Source: Octopus vulgaris
Taxonomy: Eukaryota
NCBI GenBank assembly: GCA_951406725.2
Contig: OX597830.1
Location: 78,926,001-78,990,000, forward strand
Reading direction: 5' to 3'
DNA: 64,000 nucleotides
The translations under genes were made by a program, and so were the position numbers. This document shows, piece by piece, positions 51,866 through 64,000 of this stretch; the stretch's first letter is position 1, and the number at the start of each line of letters is the position of its first letter. The notes beneath the pieces are model-generated. The model did no database searches, had not been told where the DNA came from, and was given only the letters and a program-made list of their open reading frames with translations.

Positions 51866-54086
51866 CATATATACGACGGTTTTCTTTCAGTTTCCGTCTA
51901 CTAAATCCACTCACAAGGCTTTGGTTGGCTTAAGGCTATAGCAGAATACACTTCCCCAAGGTGCTACACAGTGGGACTGAACCCGGAACCATGTGGTTGG
52001 GAAGCAAGCTTCTAACCACACAGCCACGCTTTATTATTACCATAATCATAAAGGCCGCGAGCTGGCAGAAACGTTAGCACGCCGGGCGAAATGCTTAGCA
52101 GTATTTCGTCTGCCGTTACGTTCTGAGTTCAAATTCCGCCGAGGCCGACTTTGCCTTTCATCCTTTCGGGGTATATAAATTAAGCACCAGTTGTGTACTG
52201 GGGTCGATATAATCGACTGGCATCCTCCCCCAAAATTTCGGGCCTTGTGCCTAGAGTGGAAAAGAATCGTTAGCGCGCTGGACGAAATGTTTAGCGGTAT
52301 TTCGCCCATCGCTACGTTCTGAGTTCAAATTCCGCCAAGGTTGACTTTGCCTTTCATCCTTTCGAAGTCGAGAAAATAAGTACCAGTTGAACAATGGGGT
52401 CGATATAATCGACTCATCCCCTCCCCCAAAATTGCTGCTCTTGTAGACAGATTTGAAACCATTATCTTTATCATCATCATCACCTTTTTTTATTATCATA
52501 TTACTATTTGATATTGTTTATGATTTAAAAATACAGTGACAGTTATTTCTTGAGGATGGGGATTTCTAATTCAAAAAGAAGACTAGGTATATTTTGGGAG
52601 GAGGAGGAGGAGGAAAGGGGGAGGCTAAAATACTGTGTTGAAAACCAAACAAAATATATACGAAGATATTTCGTTAAACCATTCTACGTGCATTTCATTA
52701 ACATAAAGTTATTATTAGTAACAATGCAACTCACATAATCAGGACCTATTGCCAAATCCTCAGAGACTTGTAACTATCATCAATATATATATATATATAT
52801 AATATGCTACGTGTTTTTGTGTATATACTTTTTTGCGAGTTATGCTTTAACGTCTGAAACTGTTGAATTTGTTCCACTTAGTAAGATTATTTTCTAAATC
52901 ATTCGACACGAGTTGGAGTCGTTCTGTTTATGTGTGTATGTGTTTCATAATGCTTAATGAAACAATTTGAAATTTTCTAAATTAACCAGTAGTATTTCTA
53001 CTTTCTTACTGTAACAGCGTCTCGAGTTAGTTGTTCGGTTTGTCTTTTGTATTTGAAAGTTCATTCTGCTTTCTTCACGTTTAACTAATGTCTTAATATT
53101 CATAAATTTTGACGATTTGCTGTGTACCGCAACATTTATAAAAGATTTCTTCATCATTACTGTTACCCGAACAGTTCTTTTAAGGTAAGTTACTGCTTAT
53201 ACTACAGAACAGAAACACTTTATTCTGAGCTGATTTTTGTTTCCACTAAGACCAATAAAAATCCTTCTCTCTAAATTTTCAAACAAGGTTTCTGTTTACT
53301 TTCTGGAGTTTTTCTTATTGTTTTTTATATTCAGAAGTTCATTTTCCTATCTTCATTGTCTCATAATGTTTTAATGTTTATAAATTCAGACAATTAACCC
53401 GTATCGCCGCAATAGTCATAAGAAATTTCGATGCTACTTTAATCTGCGGTCTACCGCAATGTCTGTAGAATACGATGTGAAATTACCTAATCTGGGTTAG
53501 GGTTAGAACTAGGTTAAGGAACACTTTGAAATTACACTGAAAATTCAGAAGGCCACGGTATATTAGTACTTTCTCATGTTTACACAAGAAATATTGTTTT
53601 TCATTAACTTCCGTAGCGAATCATATCTGTATACTATTTTGAGAGTGATAAATGTAATTTCAATATTTTCCTGTTATTTTGGCTTTTACTTACTCATCCT
53701 CTAATTATCAACTTTCATCTGGTAACTTCTTCAACAATAACTCTGTCGTTATTGATGGCACCGGTACTCTAGTACTTAATATTACTGGAGTGGAAAGATA
53801 ACAGAATTCACCATCGTGGAGATAGTGATGTAGAAGAACTGGTGGAAACTTTTTAGAAATACTACAGCCGCTGGTCATCTAGACGGTGTGAAATGTCATT
53901 TTTTCACATCCAATAATTTTATGTGTAAAAGTTATACGTCTCTGACGATTTGACGATAAGTTTTGATTATATAATTTACATTATATAACTATTAATCACC
54001 TTATGTTAATAAAACGCACGTAAGATGATGTCACTGAATATCTTACATAAAATCATTCATGTTTTGCTTTGTTTTTTTTACATATA

Positions 54087-54490
54087 GGAGTACCTGTGTG
54101 GTAAGTAGCTTGCTAACCAACCACATGGTTCCGGGTTCAGTCCCACTGCGTGGCATCTTGGGCAAGTGTCTTCTGCTATAGCCCCGGGCCGACCAATGCC
54201 TTGTGAGTGGATTTGGTAGACGGAAACTGAAAGAAGCCTGTCGTATATATGTATATATATATATGTGTGTGTATGTGTTTGTGTGTCTGTGTTTGTCCCC
54301 CAAGCATTGCTTGACAACCGATGCCGGTGTGTTTACGTCCCCGTCACTTAGCGGTTCGGCAAAAGAGACCGATAGAATAAGTACTGGGCTTACAAAGAAT
54401 AAGTCCCGGGGGCGATTTGCTCGACTAAAGGCGGTGCTCCAGCATGGCCGCAGTCAAATGACTGAAACAATTAAAAGAGTAAAAAGAGTA
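54087..54490 (+). mobile_element. SINE family B, bipartite with internal (TA)n(TG)n (representative copy)
   Basis: tRNA-like head, CORE-like CTTGGGCAAGT, microsatellite, tail ending (GAGTAAAA)n; other copies at about 5.0-6.0, 8.5-8.9, 11.7-12.1, 12.3-14.2, 51.7-52.0, 54.7-55.2 and 61.0-61.8 kb. Confidence 0.85.
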
Positions 54491-54916
54491 AATCTATGTG
54501 ACACTCAATCCTGGATTTCATAACAAAGAATACAATTGCAACACACGAGCGAAAATATACATGAAGTTCTAAATACCAATCAAGCAATTTCTGTTTACAT
54601 ATACAAAATACTGTGTAAGAACCATAACAATATTTACAAATCTTAATATTATTTTTTTCTCTAAAACGTGCTTATATCTATGTTTCTAAGTTAATTTATT
54701 TGTATACTCTTTTACTCTTTTACTTGTTTCAGTCATGTGACTGCGGCCATGCCGGAGCACCGCCTTGAGTCGAGCAAATCGACCCCAGGACTTATTCTTT
54801 GTAAGCCTAGTACTTATTCTATTGGTCTCTTTTGCCGAACCGCTAAGTTACGGTGACGCAAATACACCAGCATCGGTTGTCAAGCGATGCTGGGGGGACA
54901 AACACAGACACACAAA

Positions 54917-54950
<34 letters not shown>

Positions 54951-54951
54951 T

Positions 54952-55014
<63 letters not shown>

Positions 55015-55276
55015 TATATACATATATACGACGGGCTTCTTTCAGTTTCCATCTACCAATTCCACTCACAAGGCTTTGGTTGGCTCGAGGCTATAGTAGA
55101 AGACACCTGCCCAAGGTGCCACGCAGTGGGACTGAACCCGGAACCATGTGGTTGGTAAGCAAGCTACTTACCACACAGACACTCCTACATCTCCACACAG
55201 CCACATGCAAGCCTTTCATATGAATTCAGAAGTAGGTGTACAGGATGAGGCAAAAAAAAAAAAAAAACACACTTAC

Positions 55277-55347
55277 CAGATTCACCATTCTTGTTAAACG
55301 TTTCGACAGCAAATGTACAGAGAACGTCAATCCAAACCATGATGGAC
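55277..55347 (-). CDS. candidate exon of same unknown gene
   Basis: Acceptor TTTATTTTAG, donor CTG|GTAAGT; in the frame set by the previous exon it reads SIMVWIDVLCTFAVETFNKNGES (FN3 FxVxxxNxxGxS). Confidence 0.6.
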
Positions 55348-56265
55348 CTAAAATAAACGATAAAACATTAGCTACAAGAAGATACCATTACTATCTGCCT
55401 GGTTTACAAACACCACACTAATCAGCTTATAAAATTCGTGAGGTTTTCCTGCTGCGCCCAGTAAATGATTCTATCGGGATCGTTATTTTACAGGGCATAC
55501 CTACAGAAGTGGACCCCCACCCCGACTTTGTTTCCCATAAATTCCAGAAAAATGGATAGTTTTTAATAACATTTTCTACAAATACGCTTTAGATGGTGTA
55601 AATTCTGATTACATCAGAAATGTGGTTAAAAAATTTTTCCGAAGGTGGGATGAGAAGTTTCGGAAAATTCACACGAGACGGGTTTCTTTACTCATAACTT
55701 TCAGAAAAATGGGAATTTTCTATAAAAATCTTTCAGAGTTTGTAGATTCCGATAATCTCGGAATTTGATGTGCAAAAAAAAAAAAAAATGGTGGGTTCGT
55801 ACATTTACATACTTGACACACATCACATGTTCAACAAAATGAAACTTGAAATTTCGAAAAATAATTTGTGATGTGTCACTAAGTGTGTGATATAACCGTA
55901 ATCTACACCACCTGAATGGTATTTGTAGAAAATTGAAGGCGGTGAGCTCTCAGAAGCAAACCAAATCCAAAAACGAAATACATTTTAGCTGTTTTATTTA
56001 TAACTTGTGCTTCATGGAAGCTAAGAAGCTCGCTGTGCAGTCAAATACTTTCGAGTTCATTCCCACTGCATGGTACTATGGGCGAGTGTCTTCTACTAAA
56101 GCCCCGGGCTGACCAATATCTTGTGAATGAATTCAGTAGACGAGCGCTGAGTGGAAGCTCGCCGTATATGAAAAGCAAACAAAGTATCGGCCGCTCTCTG
56201 ACAGCTTTATGACGATGGAGACCTACAACGTTCTCGGCTCCTGCACCGGGGCGGAGACAGCTTAC

Positions 56266-56362
56266 CTGTAAGAGCGAGCCCCGTGAGTCAGATTAACTGT
56301 TCTAGTGCATCTCCTTTGGGGCAACGCCTTTTCCATTTCGTCAGCTGGGAACAAAAGGGAGT
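56266..56362 (-). CDS. candidate exon of same unknown gene
   Basis: Pyrimidine-rich acceptor ...TTCAG, strong donor CAG|GTAAGC; SLLFPADEMEKALPQRRCTRTVNLTHGARSY; phase 1-2. Confidence 0.6.
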
Positions 56363-57023
56363 CTGAATTACAGGAAACCGAAAGAGTGTAAGAATTTCGT
56401 AGCTTACTACTCGATACACTAATGCACAATTTCTAAGGCGGCGAGCTGACAGAATCGTTAGCGCACCGGGCAAAATGCTTAGCAGCATTTCGTCCATCCT
56501 TACGTTCTGAGTTCAAATTCCGCCAAGGTCGACTTTGCCTTTCAACCTTTCGATAAAATAAAGACCAGTTGAATACTAGGGTCGATGTAATCGACTATTC
56601 CCCTCCCCAGAGTTTCAAGCCTTATGCCTATTGTAGAAAGGACAATTATATATCAAAGGTAAGAGCTGATGCTCAGCAGATATAAAAATAACATCAGAGA
56701 AAAATGAAGTTAAATCCAGAAGTATTTTCTTGCCAAATTCTCTTGTTCTTGTAATGTATTTCTTGTAATTTGTTTTCGTCCCAGTAACCTAGCAGGTCAG
56801 CAAAAGAGACCGATAGAATAAGTGCCATACTTTAAAAACACAAATACTGAGGCTGATTTGTTCGACTAAACACTGCAAGGCAGCAGTCCAATGACGGAGA
56901 CAAGTAAAAAGTAAGAATATATTTAAAAAATTATAATAATATAGGATTCACATTTTGGCACAAGGCCAGCAAAATAATATATCCAGTGCCTAGTTATATA
57001 TATTTTTAGCTTTTGTTTCAGTC

Positions 57024-57079
<56 letters not shown>

Positions 57080-57249
57080 GACGGGCTTCTTTCAGCTTTC
57101 TGTCAACCAAATCCAATCGCAAAGCTTTGGTCTGCCCAAAGCTATAGTAGAAGACACTTGCCCACGGTGCCACGCAGTGGGACTGAACCCGGTACGTGAT
57201 TGAGAAGCAAGCTTCTTACCACACAGCCACGCCTACACCTATACATATA

Positions 57250-57588
57250 TAAAAGAACCCCTTCGGTCATGAAGGGACATGGGATTGCACCCAGAAAGTT
57301 CTCCTCGGAGGCACAAGTCCGGGCAAGTTTGTTTATGGAAGTCCAGCAATCGCCCATGCATACCAGCTTCCACTTTGTTATCCAAGGATGTTATCCAAGG
57401 GAAAGGCAAAGGGGCCGCTACAGCTCGGCACCTGTGACGTCACAACTCATTTCTACAGCCGAGTGAACTGGAGCAACGGGAAATAAAGTGTCTTGCTCAA
57501 GAACGCAACACACAGCTCGGTCCGGAAATCGAACTCAATACGGCATGATCGTGAGCCTGACGCCCTAACCGCTGAGCCATGCGCCTTC
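57250..57588 (-). mobile_element. tRNA-derived SINE family C
   Basis: GGCGCATGGCTCAGCGGTTAG head, GTTCTTGAGCAAGACACTTT core; second copy 15400-15690 (+). Confidence 0.75.
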
Positions 57589-57846
57589 ACTATACATCTA
57601 TACAAGACAAAATAAATCGAATAAATTTAACAAATTACTGGAAATACCGAAATGGAATATTTTACTCATTTATAATTTTAAGAATAATGTTTTTTGCCAG
57701 AGCTAGTCCTCTTTAAGTCCTGCCAAAGGCGTGTGCTTATTTACACCTACCCACCCCCACTCTCTCTCTCTTTCTCTCTCTCTCTCTCCCCTTCTCTTCC
57801 CCCCTCTCTCCCCCTTCTCTCCCCCCTCTCCCCCCCTTCTCTCCCT

Positions 57847-57922
<76 letters not shown>

Positions 57923-58139
57923 TGCACTGCTAACAGTCGTTCGTCTGCGCGCGCCCATAGCCTTCGTATAAATGTATGCGCTTGTCTGTGTGCACGCACC
58001 AATAACGTTCGCATGTGTGTGTGTATGTGTGTGCGTGTGTGTGTGTGTGTGTGTGCACGCACCAATGACCTTCGTATATGTGTATGTATGTATGTATGTA
58101 TGTGTGTATGAACGTGTGTGTGTATCTATGTGTGTGCGT

Positions 58140-58170
<31 letters not shown>

Positions 58171-58355
58171 CCAATAACCTTCGTATATATGTGTATACAT
58201 CTGTGTGTGTGTATTTGTGTGTGTTTGTGTTTGTTTGTGTGTGTGTGTGTGCACGCGCTACTAGCGTTCGTATGAATCGCGCTCTCTGCTCTTTCCCTCT
58301 CTCTCTGCTCCCTCCCTCTCTCTTTCTCTCTCTCTTTCTATCTTCCCTTTCGTAC

Positions 58356-58613
58356 TCATATAAACTTTTGCCATTCCCTTGACACAGTGTGACAGATTGT
58401 TTATTCCAGAGGAATTTACCGCCAGTACTTTAATAGACATGACATTATATAACATAATTCCTGTTGCATCAATTATAAATGAGACGTTGAAGAGATTCTT
58501 CAACTGATAACACAGAGTTGTCTCTCGGTTTACGCGATACCCCAGTGAGGACGAGAATACGAACTGAATGATGTTTCTTTCCGGAGATGTCCTGGGGTTG
58601 TAGGTGATCTCAT
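58356..58613 (-). CDS. candidate exon, FN3-like beta-rich extracellular segment
   Basis: 258-nt stop-free unique sequence between microsatellites; [11 protein letters not shown] resembles FN3 strand F; three N-glycosylation sequons; acceptor CAAAG, donor A|GTACGA; phase 1-1. Confidence 0.5.
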
Positions 58614-58676
58614 CTTTGAACCACAAGAGTATACACACACGCACACACACACACATACATACATATATATATATAT

Positions 58677-58848
<172 letters not shown>

Positions 58849-58862
58849 TATATGTATATATG

Positions 58863-58893
<31 letters not shown>

Positions 58894-58972
58894 GTATGTA
58901 TGTATATACATACACACACATACATATATATATACACACACACATGCACACACATACGTATGTATATACATA

Positions 58973-59026
<54 letters not shown>

Positions 59027-59028
<2 letters not shown>

Positions 59029-59505
59029 TAAATGAAGAAAAGAAAATGGACAGTTAAAAGTTAATAATTATTTATTACTAACAAATTGGTAATTCTTTAC
59101 TTCTTACAACCGTTTCCATTAATACTCAATAATTAAATTACAAATTTGTGCATTAAATTTGCATTAATATGCTACGAGCATAATTTCATCAGAGAAGAAA
59201 AAAATATACCTTAAGATGTTACATGCCGACCTTATCAGTTCATAATAGCAGACTCTATCTACTAGTTTGGTCGCCCTGTGGCTATAGTGGAAGGAGTCTA
59301 CTGGTATGAACTGACAGGTCGACATGTAACATTTTAAGGTATATCCTTTTTTTTCTCTGATGAAATTATGCTCATAGTATACTAACGCAAATTTAATGCA
59401 CAAATTTGTAATTTAATTATTGAGTATTAATGGAAACGGTTGTAAGAAGTAAAAATTACCGATTTGTGAATAATAAATGATTCCCTTTCTACTCTTCGTT
59501 TAACT
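59027..59505. repeat. long inverted repeat (about 220-bp arms) with a hammerhead-like motif in each arm
   Basis: 59027-59256 is the reverse complement of about 59295-59505. Confidence 0.85.
59100..59197 (-). ncRNA. hammerhead-like motif, canonical CUGAUGA core with long stem II
   Basis: CTTCT-CTGATGA...GAAAC-GGTT-GT-A-AGAAG; mirrored at 59352-59449 (+). Confidence 0.5.
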
Positions 59506-59636
59506 GGATATGAACTATATCCTTAATATATATACCAATTGTTTTAAGGGAATTTCATTTTCCCAATAATACTAGGTATCGAAGCAGTATTCCCTCGGAT
59601 GTAAGCATCGCTTTATGAGCTTAACATATCCTCTAA

Positions 59637-59696
<60 letters not shown>

Positions 59697-60088
59697 GACG
59701 GACGGATTTTCTCTCTCTCTCTCTCTCTTCTATCTTTTATCCTTTCAAAAAAAATGTTTCTCCTAGCGTTCACTACTTTCCTCTCGTTCTGGTCAAACGA
59801 CCCTCTATGTTTGTTTTCGTTCGGTTTCCTTATATGTCTCTCCCGTCATATTTTTGTTCCCTACTTTGACCCTCCATAAATCCTAAATTTTATTTTAGAA
59901 TTTATGGGGGCAACTGTCTTTGAAGACTCATACTGTCGTTGAATGCTCGAAATTAGGAGTAGAAAAGCAGCCGACAACTGATGAGGGGTCTTTCCTCTGT
60001 GTTAACGTGTCCTGTTTTCCATTTTTTCTCGCTGTTTACGTATTTCATGTTATTTGCACTGTTGGTCACGTCCTGTACCCATATACGC

Positions 60089-60124
<36 letters not shown>

Positions 60125-60128
<4 letters not shown>

Positions 60129-60304
60129 AGCCCTATTTTTTAACGATTTTTTGACTGCTGTGTCGCCATTTTTCAGTGTATTTCAACCAGAAAAATGTTC
60201 ACTTAAAGAGAATAACAAGCTACATAATGCTAAACTTTTACTTTTCAAAAATTCCAATTCTAAAGGGTCGAAACAAACCCGAGCAACGCCGGGCGATACA
60301 GCTA

Positions 60305-60305
<1 letters not shown>
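60125..60305 (+). mobile_element. Helitron 3' end
   Basis: CCCGAGCAACGCCGGG hairpin followed by CTAG|T. Confidence 0.7.
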
Positions 60306-60349
<44 letters not shown>

Positions 60350-60620
60350 CGATCTGGCAGAAACGTTAGCACGCCGGGCGAAATGCTTAGCAGTATTTCG
60401 TCTGCCGTTACGTTCTGAGTTCATATTCCGCCGAGGTCGACTTTGCCTTTCATCCTTTCGGGGTCGATAAATTAAGTACCAGTTACGCACTGGGGTCGAT
60501 GTAATCGACTTAATCCGTTTGTCTGGCCGTGTTTGTCCCCCTCTATGTTTAGCCCCTTGTGGGTAATAAAGAAACATATATATATATATATATATATAGA
60601 ACAAATAGTAATTATAGTAC

Positions 60621-60701
60621 TCCAGACGAGAATGCATCGTAGCTCTTCGATCCGACATTCGAAACTCCGAGTACGAAAATGACAATCTTTTACTGTTTGT
60701 T
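60621..60701 (-). CDS. candidate exon of unknown FN3/cytokine-receptor-like gene
   Basis: QTVKDCHFRTRSFECRIEELRCILVW; acceptor TTTAG, weak donor A|GTACTA; phase 1-1. Confidence 0.4.
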
Positions 60702-60846
60702 CTAAATTATAACATATATAAATAATCCTCTATTTATATAATATCGATGTATCGTTCTTTTGTTGTTACTTTTTATTATATATATATATAATGTTATTTA
60801 TTATTTATCATTTAATTGAACGCGACGTATCCATTTGCAAGTGCGT

Positions 60847-60899
<53 letters not shown>

Positions 60900-61843
60900 T
60901 AATCCAAACAAGAAAACAAAAAACAACAACGCAAGGATGTGGAACAAATAAAGTATTATTGGACGCTCAGGAAAGAAGGGAAGATATATATATATATTCT
61001 TTTTTCTTTTATTCTTTTACTTGTTTCAGTCATTTGACTGCAACCATGCTAGATCACAGCCTTTAGTCGAACAAATCGACCCCAGGACTTATTCTTTGTA
61101 AGCCTAGTAATTTATTATATCGGTCTTTGTTGCTAAACTGCTAAGTTACGGGGACGTAAACACACCAACATCCGTTGTGAAGCGATAGTAGGGGACAAGC
61201 GTAAACACCCAAATACATACATACATACATACATACATACATACATACATACATACATACATACATACATACATACATACATACTCGACGGGCTTCTTTC
61301 AGTCTCCGTCTACCAAATCCACTCACAAGGCTTTGGTCGACCCGAGACTACAGTAGAAGACACTTGCCCAAGGTGTCACGCAGTGGGACTGAACCCGGAA
61401 CAATGTGGTTGGGAAGCAAGTTTCTTACCACACAGCCACTCCTACGCCTATAAATTCATTTAATTTCTTACTTGTTTCAGTCATCAATTTGCGGCCATGC
61501 TAGGGCACATTTTGAAGCATTTTTAGTCAAATGAATCGACCCTAGTACTTTTTTTAATGCCAAGTACTTTATCTATCGGACTCTCTTTGCTGAACCACTA
61601 AGTTACGAGTATATAAACACAGCATCACTGGTCGCGAAGCTGTGGTAGGGGACAAACACAGACACAGTGACATACACACATAGATATATATACTTACATA
61701 TACGACGGCCTTCTTTCAGATTCCGTCTACAAAATCCACTCATAATGGATTGTTCGGCCGTGGCTATAGTGGAATGCTCTTGCCCAAGGTGCCACCACCA
61801 CACCGTCACGGATATATATGTATAGATAGATAGATAGATAGAC

Positions 61844-61932
<89 letters not shown>

Positions 61933-61937
61933 TAGAG

Positions 61938-61991
<54 letters not shown>

Positions 61992-63186
61992 GGTAGGGTG
62001 CGGTGGATAAATTGTTACCATTTTATAGTTTTAATTTCGCGCGTGCGCATTGTTTTTGATTTTGTCAACTACACAGTATCGTAGGGTCAGTCGTGCACCG
62101 TCTGTGAGAAAAACAGCACCATGACGCAATTTACTCTGCCAGAAATTTGGAAACAACATGCAGTACTGCTTGGCATTCACACCGGAAGTTCCAGTACGAA
62201 TATTTCAGAGTGTTTGGGTGTCAATCTGAGGACAGTGCAGAGGATTCAGAATGAGTCGAATGAGCCAAATGGTGATTACGAAACTACAGCAGCTCAGAAA
62301 ACTCACTCTGCTCGTTCTAATGAGACAAGAACTCCTGAATTTGTGGGTGAGATCCAAGCCATGATAGACAACGATCCCTCCAAGCCAATCAGGTCCATCA
62401 CCAGGGACATGGGTGTATCTGAGTTTCTTGTCAGGCAGGTAGTGCATGAAGACATTTGGTATTCCTCTTACAAGAAGAGAAATGAGCCAATTTTTATCCC
62501 AAACCACCAAAGACAAGAGGAATGACCGCGCAACGAAGCTTTTGAACAAACTCGAGCATCCCCTCCAACCGAACATGTTTTGGTTTTCTCGGACGAGAAA
62601 AACTTCTGCCTGGATCACATGGTGAACACACAGATCAACCATTGGCTTGCCGTGTCCCCAAAACATGTACCGAGAATGATAAAAATCAAACATCCATTCA
62701 ACATCATGGTGTCTGGAGTGATCACTAGTGATGGCGACGTTATGCTTCCATTCATCTTTCCACACAACCTCATACTCAACACAGAGGCCTACATCAAATG
62801 CCTGGAGGAGGTAATGCTGTCCTTGGTCAAGAGAGTGGTCCCTATATCTGGCAACAGGACTTTGCACGATGCCACACAAGCAGGAGAACCCCCTTGATTA
62901 TTATGCGTGGAGCGCAGTTGAGAGAGAGACCCGCGAAACTCCTTGTAGCACCAAAGATGAACTGAAGGCAAGGATTACGGAAGCATTTACCAACTTAAAC
63001 AAGGAGACCATCCAGAAGTGTTGCAGGAGATTCCGAAGTTGTGATTGAATCCAATGGCGATTTTATTGATTAAGTTTATTCTTTAATATTTCAAGGTATC
63101 TTTTGGCAGATATATCTGTTAAAATGATATGTCAGTGTTTTCATTTTTGCATAATTTAGACGACAATTTATTCACCGCACCCTCTG
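61992..63186 (+). mobile_element. decayed Tc1/mariner (maT/DD37D-like) transposon
   Basis: TIR AGGGTGCGGTGRATAAATTGT at both ends; HTH ORF 62121-62525; catalytic remnants FSDEKNF, WQQD, NPLDYY with frameshifts and a deletion. Confidence 0.85.
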
Positions 63187-63273
63187 TGTGTGTGTCTGTG
63201 TGTGTATAAATATAAATATGCATAAATGTATATATATATACATATGTATATATAAATGCATATATATACATAT

Positions 63274-63319
<46 letters not shown>

Positions 63320-64000
63320 CCCAACATATGTATACACATACAGACATATATGCATATCACATGTATATGCACACACGCATAAGCATAGGTACGCAAATAT
63401 TTATAAATGCAGGTATATGGGGCGTGAGTCCGCATGGTGGTTTATCTAATTTTCATTCACAAGATGTGGATAAACCTGGATGTAGTAGACAACTTTCCAA
63501 AGTATCTCTCAGTGAGAGCGAAGCTGAAACTTTGTAATCATGAAGCGAAATTCTTAACCGTGCAGCAACGCATGCGCTCTTATGATAGCAAAACACATTA
63601 CATTAGTCGTATGGAAAATAAGTTGTAGAACAGCTACATTCAGCCAACCTTTTGATCCAGAAATAAACTCCTTTTCGTTAAAATATTTCTCAAGCTTGAA
63701 TGTGAAAGAAATCAACAACAGATTTATATTTTAGTCCGTTGTTGATAATACATAATTTTCTTGTATATCAGTGGATCACAAAAATACCTACTCTGCCTTG
63801 CTGAAAATATTCATTTTCCTAATGCAATCTCTTGATATGCTGAACATAAAATGTGAGCAAATGTCAAAATGCGGACATTAAAATAATCACCTTCTAAAAT
63901 ACTTTTGTCGCGTAACATATTGGCAACGTATGTCGCGTAACATATCGGCAATGATTATACGAGAAGTCCATAGCAGGTTGTCAGAGATTGTTCATTCCCA

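Noticed and set aside
53700-53880. Short open frames on both strands
   Set aside because: Under 60 codons, no motif, ambiguous strand; cannot be supported as an exon.
54500-54570. Possible transmembrane exon for the minus-strand gene
   Set aside because: Hydrophobic stretch too short and interrupted by Arg; donor site poor.
59918-60000. CTGATGAG and CGAAA motifs suggesting another hammerhead
   Set aside because: Could not place consistent stems with GAAA after the core; at best a decayed copy.

Overview
AT-rich, microsatellite- and SINE-dense animal genomic DNA, most likely an octopus/cephalopod (inferred from repeat content, not verified). Main contents: (1) a complete 9-exon mitochondrial 3-hydroxyisobutyrate dehydrogenase gene (HIBADH, + strand, CDS 18509-42232, 324 aa), assembled by hand with all splice phases matching and including a 17-nt microexon; (2) a minus-strand tRNA cluster with two intronless tRNA-Arg(TCT), two elongator tRNA-Met(CAT) genes each carrying a 21-nt canonical-position intron, and three decayed copies; (3) candidate exons of an unrecognised minus-strand FN3/cytokine-receptor-like gene (about 48.6-60.7 kb); (4) many transposon relics (SINEs, Helitrons, mariners, MITEs, LINE fragments, a probable LTR). 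The most unusual signal is four short repeat families, three of them built as fold-backs, that carry hammerhead-ribozyme-like motifs whose core 3:8 pair varies as C-G, U-A and G-C. Most listed ORFs are microsatellite artefacts.
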